Shown: positions 41,249 through 49,071 of the stretch, one piece after another | How the letters are laid out: every line of letters starts with the position of its first letter | Numbering within the stretch: position 1 is the first letter of the stretch | Assembly (NCBI GenBank): GCA_031360055.1 | Contig: JANMAV010000024.1 | Span: forward strand, 1-49,071 | DNA: 49,071 bases | DNA from: Ferruginibacter sp. | GTDB taxonomy: Bacteria > Bacteroidota > Bacteroidia > Chitinophagales > Chitinophagaceae | Direction: 5' to 3' | Notes under the pieces: model-generated | The model's database searches: none | Told to the model about the DNA's origin: nothing | What the model saw: the letters and a program-made list of their open reading frames with translations, nothing else | Position numbers and translations under genes: made by a program

Positions 41249-41342
41249 ATATGAGAAGTTAGATATGATATGTTAGATAGTAGTTGTTAAATAGTAGATG
41301 TTAAATAGTAGATATTAGATATGAGATGGTAGATATGAGATG
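41246..41342. repeat. Degenerate ~7-bp tandem repeat (TAGATAT/GAGATGT-like)
   Basis: tagatatgagaagttagatatgatatgttagatag...tagatatgagatggtagatatgagatg; no C on the + strand. Confidence 0.7.
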
Positions 41343-41370
41343 TTTGATTACAATGCTCGTAATCGCCTTC

Positions 41371-41710
41371 ATCTTAAAAATCTGCGTTCCAAAAAAACCT
41401 GAGAAAATCAATCAAATCTGTGGCTACAAAAATCTTAAAAATCTTAAAAATCATCAAAATCTGCGTTCCAAAAAAATCTGAGAAAATCAATCAAATCTGT
41501 GGCTACAAAACCTCCAAAAATCTGAGAAAATCATCAAAATCTGCGTTCCAAAAAAATCTGAGAAAATCAATCAAATCTGTGGCTACAAAAATCTTAAAAA
41601 TCATCAAAATCTACGTTCCAAAAAAATCTGAGAAAATCAATCAAATCTGTGGCTATAAAATCTTAATAATCATCAAAATCTGCGTTCCAAAAAAAATTAT
41701 CAAAAATCTG
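41371..41710. repeat. Intergenic tandem array of 69-80-bp units built from AAAATC submotifs
   Basis: TCT(G/A)CGTTCC at 41381, 41460, 41540, 41610 and 41679; the first four are followed by (T/C)CTGAGAAAATCAATCAAATCTGTGGCTA. Confidence 0.92.
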
Positions 41711-41765
41711 CCCCAATCCTCTAATCAGCGGCAACCACCAACTCCTAACACCTAATCCCACCCCC

Positions 41766-42818
41766 CTACACCTCATCCCTAAAAAACACCTTATAATAAT
41801 TCAACTTTTTACCCTCATCATACCCTCTTTCAATCAACTCATTATTACCATGTATATAAATATGAAAATTTTTATCCAACTTTAAAACACTCTTAAAAAC
41901 CCTTGCCTGTTTTTTTACTGCCTCAGTGTGAATGGTAAAACTATCCGGTATAGGCAGCTCATACTCCTGCTCATACTGTGTTTTATACTCTTTAAACGAG
42001 GCTATACCTTGCTCATTATTTATTACTTCGTGGCTAAAACTATCCAAGTTAAACTTTTCATTTTCTTTAAAATATTGTATAGATCTGTTAAGCAAATCTA
42101 TTTTATCAGTTTTATCCAGGGCAAATTCCTCATCCATTTCCTGCTGCACAAAGTTTTTGTATAGTTTTAGTACCGTGTTAGTTTGGTTAAAATTGTTATT
42201 AATAATTTTCAGTTTCAAAAAATCATCAATCCAGTAGGCAGCTTCCGTTTTATTGGTTTGGTCTATAACCAATACGGTGTAGCCATGTTGGGTTTTAGTA
42301 TTAAAAATAAGGCAACCTTTATCTAATTTTTTTATGTTAATGGCCTCTTGTTGGTAGCCAATGGTATATTCCTGTTGGTTAGCGGCTATGGTTAGGTAGG
42401 GTTCCTTGCTTTCACTTTTAAAAAAACCAATGGCAGCTACCATTTGCCCTTCTATGGGCAAGGCATCAAAGTAGCAGCCATACAGCTCTCCGGTTTTTAT
42501 TTTGGGGTGATTACCCACATCATACAAATGGCTGGCAATAGCGGCACTATGCTCATGAAAAGTTGATGGGTTTGCAAATATTTTTTCTGCAAAATGATTC
42601 ATTTCGTTTAAGCCCACATCCCCCGTGGGGTGATAGAGGCTGTAGACCTCATTAGTTTTATCAAAAGGAGATAAAAAATATTGCAGCAGCAATTGCCTTA
42701 GCGTTTCATCTACAATTTGGGTGGGCTTGGTAGATAGGGTTAGCTTTTCACCCAGCAATTTATTACCAACGGTATGTATAGATATTTGGGTAAAAGCAGC
42801 ATCTAAAATAGGTATCAT
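41766..42818 (-). CDS. Nucleoid-associated protein (NA37/YejK-like)
   Basis: IHTVGNK, HP.IK.GEL, IGFFKSE, KLDKGCLIFN, YW..DFL and KSVLKLDKNFHIYIHG. Confidence 0.85.
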   Translation of the reverse strand: MIPILDAAFTQISIHTVGNKLLGEKLTLSTKPTQIVDETLRQLLLQYFLSPFDKTNEVYSLYHPTGDVGLNEMNHFAEKIFANPSTFHEHSAAIASHLYDVGNHPKIKTGELYGCYFDALPIEGQMVAAIGFFKSESKEPYLTIAANQQEYTIGYQQEAINIKKLDKGCLIFNTKTQHGYTVLVIDQTNKTEAAYWIDDFLKLKIINNNFNQTNTVLKLYKNFVQQEMDEEFALDKTDKIDLLNRSIQYFKENEKFNLDSFSHEVINNEQGIASFKEYKTQYEQEYELPIPDSFTIHTEAVKKQARVFKSVLKLDKNFHIYIHGNNELIERGYDEGKKLNYYKVFFRDEV

Positions 42819-43531
42819 GGCAGCGAAAATAACTGCTTATAACCAATTAAATTATTTTGCCAAAAAATAATTAACCTATGTAATGAAAAATGGTAAATGT
42901 ATATACAGGGTTGTAAAAAATTTAAAAAACCAATTAAAATTACATTGCTTTTATAATCATCTTTCGCTTTGTTGTAAAAAAATTACTACTATTCTAATTT
43001 TTTAGTACTACACAATTTTGTATATTAAATTAATAAAAAATAATTTAATAAATTATTATATGTTAATGTTTTAACATAGTTTTGTATGCAGTTGTTTAAA
43101 AAAATGCAACTGTAATTTTAATACCAACTACTAATTGTTTATCCGACCCTTAAATTGTGTAGATTTTTTGCCAAATTAATCTTCATCATTTTAGGTAGTT
43201 ATTGGTTATTAAAAATCATGTAAATTTTATTATTTGTATAGGCTTATCAAATAAGCAGCTAGTATAGCTAGTTGTGTATTGGGTATATGGGCATGTTGTT
43301 TTTATATACATGCCAACTCACCAAGCTATTACTTTTTAAATGTTATTTATGCATATACCTGTACACCGCAACATAACCAACAGTACGTACACCTGCAAAC
43401 CTTTGCAGTTAATTGCAAAGCCTACAATACCACAGCACAACTTTACTATACCCAACAATTTTACCATGTATACCAACCAAACTATGCAAACTATTAGTAC
43501 CAACAATACAACCCATACAAAACCAACGGTT

Positions 43532-46500
43532 ATGAAACTAAATAGATATAAAAATATACTGGTAGGCATATTGTTATTTTTTGCATTGGGTATGCAACAA
43601 AGTTTTGGGCAGACGACAATAACCTTGAGTGGGGAAGGTACTGTAACTTGCCCTGCAACTCCAACAGCAATTTGGTCTACACCACCAACAGGTGTAACAT
43701 TTTCTAACCTAACTAGAGGTAGTGGGGTAGCTTGTGCATCTGCTGGAGACGGTATAAGTGGCAGTGGATTTAATACGCTTAACGCCACCACATCTTTCAC
43801 AGCAAATGCATTTTATACACAAACGATTTCAGCAGACGCAACACACTCTTTTACATTAAATTCATTAACTTGGTTATCTACAATAAGTTCAGGTAGTGCA
43901 ACTTTGACTGTACAATATAGTAATAATGGAGGGGTAGTTACTAATTTTGGCACTGCTGGCCAAGTTGTAACTGGAAGTGCCTCTACTAGTATGTTTTCAG
44001 GCAATGTAACCGTAGCTGCAGGTAAATCAATTGTATTGTATTTTATACCTTCAAATACAAGTGCTGCAGGAACAACTGTAAGATTTAAAAATGGCTCAAC
44101 AATTAATTTAACTGGTTGTACAACTACCTCTATTACATCTCAGCCTTCACCTACAACCCAAACAGTTTGCCAAAATACAATACCATCTAATTTATCAGTA
44201 ACTGCTACAGGCACAGGGTTAGCTTACCAATGGTATAGCAATGCAACCAATTTAAATACTGGTGGCACACTAATTTCAGGTGCAACCAATGCAACATACA
44301 CTCCGCAAACAGCAACTGCAAATACTACGTATTATTATGTAATAGTAACAGGCACTTGCGGTACGGTTACCAGCAATACAGCTACTGTTGTAGTAAACCC
44401 AACAACAAGGGTTACAGGCATTGGTCCGTCATTTCAAATTCTTTGTAATGGTGCAGCACCAACTGCCATTACTATAACTGCTGTTGGTATTAATAACACC
44501 TACCAATGGTATAGCAACACAACTAATTCTAATACCAGCGGTAGCCTAATTGCTGGCGCAACTACTACGTCATACACACCGCCTACACCAACAAATAATG
44601 ATACAGCATTTTATTATTGTAGGGCAATGGGTACCTGTGGTAACGATGTATCAATGGTTGTGTATGTATTTAAGCCAATACCTATTACAATTACCATGCA
44701 GCCAACGGCAACACAAACAGTTTGTCAAAATGCGGTAACCACATTAAGTGTAACAGCAACTGGTACTGCACTTACGTATCAATGGTTTGTAAACAATACA
44801 GTGCCTAGTCAAATAGGTAGTGTTGGCATTAATGGTGCAGACCAATCAACGTACAACCCTCCAACAGATGCATTGGGTACCAAATATTACTATGTTGTAA
44901 TTAAAGGTGCCTGTGATAATACTGGAGTTAGTTCTAATTTTGCTGCGGTAACTGTTGCTCCAACGGTTGCAAATGCAGGTACTATTACAGGAAATTCACC
45001 TATATGTATAGATAGTACAACTACATACACATCTAGTACTCCTGGCGGTACATGGTCAAGTTCAAATACGGCAGTAGCTACTGTAGTGGCAAATACAGGT
45101 GTAGTAACTGGTAAAAGTGCAGGTACAGCTAATATTATATATACCATCGGCACTGGTTGTACGGCTACTTCATCTAAAAGTATTACTGTTCAAGCTTCAC
45201 CTAGTATTATATTAACTTCTGCATTTAATACCGATAACCAATCAGCTTGTGTAGCCTCACCTATAACCCAAATTGTATATAATATAGGTGGTAGTGCTAC
45301 AGGGGCTACGGTATCTGGTCTGCCTGCTGGCATTATGGGTACATATAGCTCCGGGGTTTTTACTATAAGTGGTACAACAACACAAACAGGTTTGTTTGCC
45401 TATACTGTAACTACAACAGGTGGTTGTACCAATGTTTCAGCAACGGGTAGCATTACTGTAAATGCACAACCAAACGCAACTATTTCTGCCAATGCATCTG
45501 CTGCTTGCCAAAATACTACTTCTCCAAGAGTTTTATTTACAGGTAATTCTGGTACAAGGCCCTATACATTTTCATACAATATAAATGGTGGTAGCACTTT
45601 TATGGTTACTACCACTACTAACGATACCGTTTCTGTGGCAGCACCAACGGGCACAGCAGGTACTTTTAATTATAACCTTACAATGGTTGCCGATGCTAAT
45701 ACTTGTACCAGAGCAATTACTGGCCAAACGAGTACAGTAACGATTAATCAAACACCGATGGTAACTACTTTTTTACCTAATTTAATATTATGTAATGGCG
45801 TAACTAGGGCAGCTGTTCCTTTAACAGGCACACCAACTGGTACAACATTTACATATTTTGGAGGTGCATCAGTTGGTTTAGTTAATCGTGAGGGTGTTAC
45901 TCAAATTTCTGGCTTTACAGCCACCAATAACGGTACTACACCAATTACAGCTACTGTAACAGTTAGACCATTTACCAGCGGTTTATGTATTGGCCCTGAT
46001 TCTATCTTTACGATTACGGTTAACCCAACCCCAACGGTATCAAGTACACCAAGTACACAAACGGTTTGTTCAGGTTCGGCAATCACTGCCATTTCGTTTA
46101 CTGGAACAGTTTCGGGTACAGTTTTTAATTGGGCAAGGAATAATACAACAAACGTAACCGGTTTAACATCAGGCACTGGAAATATTACAGGTTCATTAAT
46201 TAATACAACCTCTACTCCTCAAACAGTTACTTTTACCACCACACCTACAGCTAATGGCTGCTCGGGCACACCAATCACTAACACAGTAATTGTAAACCCA
46301 CAACCAACAGCAACAATAACTGGTACTACAACGGTTTGCCAAAATACCACACCTGCACCAAGTATAACCTTTACAGGCAGTAATGGCACAGCACCATATA
46401 CCTTTAGTTATCAAATAAACGGAGGTACTACTCAAATGGTAACTACCAGCACAGGTAGTAGTGTAACGGTTAGCCAAGCAACTACCACAAGTGGCACATT

Positions 46501-49071
46501 TACATATACGCTTACCAATGTAAGCGATGCAGCCTCACCTAGTTGTAGCAGAACCATTACTGGTCAATCAGCAACAGTAACAGTAAATCCACAACCAACT
46601 GCTACAATAACTGGTACTACAACGGTTTGCCAAAACAGCAGCAATCCAAATATTACATTTATGGGTAGCAATGGTACTGCACCATATATTTTTAGTTATC
46701 AAATAAACGGAGGTAGCACACAATCAATAACTACTACTTCTGGCAATAGTGTAACAGTAGCAGCACCAACTACTGCAAGCGGCACATTTACTTATTCTTT
46801 AACAAGTGTAAGTGATAATGCAACGCCAAGTTGCACAAAAACCATTACTGGCCAATCAGCCATTGTAACTGTAAACCCACAACCAAACGCAACCATTGCT
46901 GGTACCACAGCAGCTTGTCAAAATACAGCATCGCCAAGAGTTTTATTTACAGGTAATACTGGTACAAGGCCTTACACTTTTTCGTACAACATAAATGGTG
47001 GTAGCACTTTTATGGTTACTACCACTACTAACGATACCGTTTCTGTGGCAGCACCAACGGGCACAGCAGGTTCTTTTGATTATAACCTTACAAATGTAAA
47101 AGATGCCAATACTTGTAGCCGTGCTATAACAGGTCAAGCTGCTACAGTAACTATCAACACAGTTCCTACAGCAACAATCTCTGGCACCACAAGTGTTTGT
47201 CACAATTCTACTCCATTGCCAATTGTTACATTAACAGCTGCCAACGGTTTATCTCCATACACATTTGCAGGTAATATAAATAATGTTGATGCAATGATTA
47301 TGACTGCTTCAGGCAGCAATACGGCTACAGTAATGGCATCTACAGCAACGGTAGGTATTTTTAATTATAACTTAACCATGGTTACCGATGCCAATGGTTG
47401 TGCACAGGCTCAAACAGGTACTGCAACTATTACAGTAAATGCAAGGCCAACAGCCATGTTAAGTGGTATGGGTACATACTGCAACGGTCAAACCACCACC
47501 ACAACATTAAGCATAGCAGTAACAGGATCAGGCACCATAACTGGTACTTTAAGCGATGGTACAAGCTTCAGCGGTACAGCACCAACAATTACCGTACAAG
47601 TAACCCCAACAACAACTACTACTTATACCGTAGCTACATTGGTGGATGCTAATTGTACAGCTACATCTACTGACTTATCAGGCAGTGCAACCGTAACAGT
47701 AAATGCAAGGCCAACAGCCATGTTAAGTGGTATGGGTACATACTGCAATGGTCAAACCACTACCACAACATTAAGCATAGCAGTAACAGGATCAGGCACC
47801 ATAACTGGTACCTTAAGCGATGGTACAAGCTTCAGCGGTACAGCACCAACAATTACCGTACAAGTAAGCCCAACAACAACTACTACTTATACCATAGCTA
47901 CATTGGTGGATGCTAACTGTACAGCTACATCTACTGATTTATCAGGCAGTGCAACTGTAACAGTAAATGCAAGGCCAACAGCAACAATAGAAGGCACAAC
48001 TACTGTTTGCCAAAACAGCACACCTGATCCAAGAATATTATTTACGGGCAATAATGGGACATCGCCTTATGTATTTAGTTATACTCTAGGAGGTAATAAT
48101 TTTACAGTTGCTACCCAAGCAGGAAAAGATACCGTAACAGTAGTAGCACCAACTACTACAAGTGGTGCATTTACATATACAATTACTAATGTAGCAGATG
48201 CAAATTGTAGTCAAGCACAAACTGGCTCAGCTACGGTAACGGTTAATGCAACTACAGTTATAACTACCCAACCAACCCCAACCACTCAAACGATTTGTCA
48301 AAATGCAGCTACTACCCCTATAACGGTAACAGCTACAGGCACAGCATTAAATTACCAATGGTACAGCAATGCTACCAATAGTAATACAGGTGGTACTTTA
48401 ATAAGCGGTGCAACAACATCAAGCTATACTCCATTATCTACCACAGCAGACAGTACGTATTATTATGTAGTAGTGGCAGGTAATTGTGATACAGTTAGTT
48501 CAAATACAGCGGAGGTAATAGTAAATGCAACTACAGTTATAACTACCCAACCAACCCCAACTACACAAACGGTTTGTCAAAATGCAGCAACCACTGCCAT
48601 AACGGTAACAGCTACAGGCACAGCATTAACCTACCAATGGTACAGCAATGCTACCAATAGCAATACAGGTGGTGCAGCAATAACAGGTGCTACCACAAAT
48701 AGCTATAGCCCAAGTAGCAGCACAGCAGACAGTACGTATTATTATGTAGTAGTGGCAGGTACTTGTGATACAGTTAGTTCAAATACAGCGGAGGTAATAG
48801 TAAATGCAACAACAACCATTACCAATGTAGCTTTTGTTGATCAAACAGTATGCAAAGACAGTGCAGCAGTTACATACACGGCAGCAGCAACTGGCATGAA
48901 TGTAACATACAAATGGTATAGCAATGCAAGCAATAGCAGCATGGGAGGTACGGAAGTAGCCATGACAGCGATGTTTACACCAAGCACAGCAACAGCAGGC
49001 ACAACATATTATTACGCAGTAGCCACTGGCGATTGTGGCAGCGATACAAGTAATGTAGCAGAGGTAATAGT
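43532..49071 (+). CDS. Giant Thr/Ser/Gly-rich Ig-repeat surface adhesin, 3'-truncated by window end (>1840 aa)
   Basis: MKLNRYKNILVGILLFFALGMQQSFGQ signal peptide. Absence from the ORF track implies no stop in this frame before the window end. Repeated ~88-97-aa units (TQTVCQN...YQWYSN...YYYVVV.G.C; PYTFSY.INGG). Alternative in-frame ATGs at 43340, 43349, 43466 and 43484. Confidence 0.88.
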   Translation, partial: MKLNRYKNILVGILLFFALGMQQSFGQTTITLSGEGTVTCPATPTAIWSTPPTGVTFSNLTRGSGVACASAGDGISGSGFNTLNATTSFTANAFYTQTISADATHSFTLNSLTWLSTISSGSATLTVQYSNNGGVVTNFGTAGQVVTGSASTSMFSGNVTVAAGKSIVLYFIPSNTSAAGTTVRFKNGSTINLTGCTTTSITSQPSPTTQTVCQNTIPSNLSVTATGTGLAYQWYSNATNLNTGGTLISGATNATYTPQTATANTTYYYVIVTGTCGTVTSNTATVVVNPTTRVTGIGPSFQILCNGAAPTAITITAVGINNTYQWYSNTTNSNTSGSLIAGATTTSYTPPTPTNNDTAFYYCRAMGTCGNDVSMVVYVFKPIPITITMQPTATQTVCQNAVTTLSVTATGTALTYQWFVNNTVPSQIGSVGINGADQSTYNPPTDALGTKYYYVVIKGACDNTGVSSNFAAVTVAPTVANAGTITGNSPICIDSTTTYTSSTPGGTWSSSNTAVATVVANTGVVTGKSAGTANIIYTIGTGCTATSSKSITVQASPSIILTSAFNTDNQSACVASPITQIVYNIGGSATGATVSGLPAGIMGTYSSGVFTISGTTTQTGLFAYTVTTTGGCTNVSATGSITVNAQPNATISANASAACQNTTSPRVLFTGNSGTRPYTFSYNINGGSTFMVTTTTNDTVSVAAPTGTAGTFNYNLTMVADANTCTRAITGQTSTVTINQTPMVTTFLPNLILCNGVTRAAVPLTGTPTGTTFTYFGGASVGLVNREGVTQISGFTATNNGTTPITATVTVRPFTSGLCIGPDSIFTITVNPTPTVSSTPSTQTVCSGSAITAISFTGTVSGTVFNWARNNTTNVTGLTSGTGNITGSLINTTSTPQTVTFTTTPTANGCSGTPITNTVIVNPQPTATITGTTTVCQNTTPAPSITFTGSNGTAPYTFSYQINGGTTQMVTTSTGSSVTVSQATTTSGTFTYTLTNVSDAASPSCSRTITGQSATVTVNPQPTATITGTTTVCQNSSNPNITFMGSNGTAPYIFSYQINGGSTQSITTTSGNSVTVAAPTTASGTFTYSLTSVSDNATPSCTKTITGQSAIVTVNPQPNATIAGTTAACQNTASPRVLFTGNTGTRPYTFSYNINGGSTFMVTTTTNDTVSVAAPTGTAGSFDYNLTNVKDANTCSRAITGQAATVTINTVPTATISGTTSVCHNSTPLPIVTLTAANGLSPYTFAGNINNVDAMIMTASGSNTATVMASTATVGIFNYNLTMVTDANGCAQAQTGTATITVNARPTAMLSGMGTYCNGQTTTTTLSIAVTGSGTITGTLSDGTSFSGTAPTITVQVTPTTTTTYTVATLVDANCTATSTDLSGSATVTVNARPTAMLSGMGTYCNGQTTTTTLSIAVTGSGTITGTLSDGTSFSGTAPTITVQVSPTTTTTYTIATLVDANCTATSTDLSGSATVTVNARPTATIEGTTTVCQNSTPDPRILFTGNNGTSPYVFSYTLGGNNFTVATQAGKDTVTVVAPTTTSGAFTYTITNVADANCSQAQTGSATVTVNATTVITTQPTPTTQTICQNAATTPITVTATGTALNYQWYSNATNSNTGGTLISGATTSSYTPLSTTADSTYYYVVVAGNCDTVSSNTAEVIVNATTVITTQPTPTTQTVCQNAATTAITVTATGTALTYQWYSNATNSNTGGAAITGATTNSYSPSSSTADSTYYYVVVAGTCDTVSSNTAEVIVNATTTITNVAFVDQTVCKDSAAVTYTAAATGMNVTYKWYSNASNSSMGGTEVAMTAMFTPSTATAGTTYYYAVATGDCGSDTSNVAEVI
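47432..47982 (+). repeat. 264-bp near-identical tandem duplication within adhesin gene
   Basis: ACAGTAAATGCAAGGCCAACAGC starts at 47432, 47696 and 47960. Confidence 0.92.
48245..48810 (+). repeat. 279-bp tandem duplication within adhesin gene
   Basis: AATGCAACTACAGTTATAACTACCCAACCAACCCCAAC at 48245 and 48524; a more diverged third unit begins at 48803. Confidence 0.88.

Noticed and set aside
41371-41710. CRISPR array
   Set aside because: The sequences between conserved blocks are short and themselves repetitive rather than unique spacers, and there are no cas genes in the window.
41420-41755. 111-aa ORF
   Set aside because: It is a translation of the tandem repeat array with a GTG start and no other coding evidence.
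43279-43497. 72-aa Tyr/Gln/His-rich ORF
   Set aside because: TTG start and no motif; the composition is explained by A/C-rich leader DNA.
618-47652. Numerous 60-270-aa antisense or alternate-frame ORFs within large genes (e.g. 3344-4147, 43336-43800)
   Set aside because: They are shadows of well-supported genes with biased codon usage and show no independent motifs.

Overview
AT-rich chromosomal segment of a Bacteroidota bacterium. Evidence: TAnnTTTG-type -7 promoter elements and several T9SS C-terminal sorting domains; Chitinophagaceae-like by inference. It encodes a DEAD-box helicase, an M36 peptidase, bestrophin, msrB, a sorbosone dehydrogenase-like lipoprotein, a BNR/VPS10 protein, a 3387-aa beta-helix T9SS protein, a Tet-family MFS pump, a 2OG-Fe(II) oxygenase, a Pif1-type helicase, ssb, polA, a DsbA-like protein, Lrp/AsnC, a LytTR/hybrid-kinase operon, a WYL regulator, an NA37 nucleoid protein, and a giant Ig-repeat adhesin that runs off the right end (missing from the ORF track). 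The standout is an unannotated ~172-nt tRNA-like RNA (32962-33133) divergent from the AsnC-like regulator. It has a tRNA-Leu-type scaffold, Asp identity elements (GUC anticodon, C38, G73), a U1-A72 pair (the bacterial GatCAB determinant), a non-canonical U37 and a 100-nt structured variable-arm insertion, and its 3' end is tandemly duplicated. No integrase, transposase, rRNA or CRISPR array was recognised.
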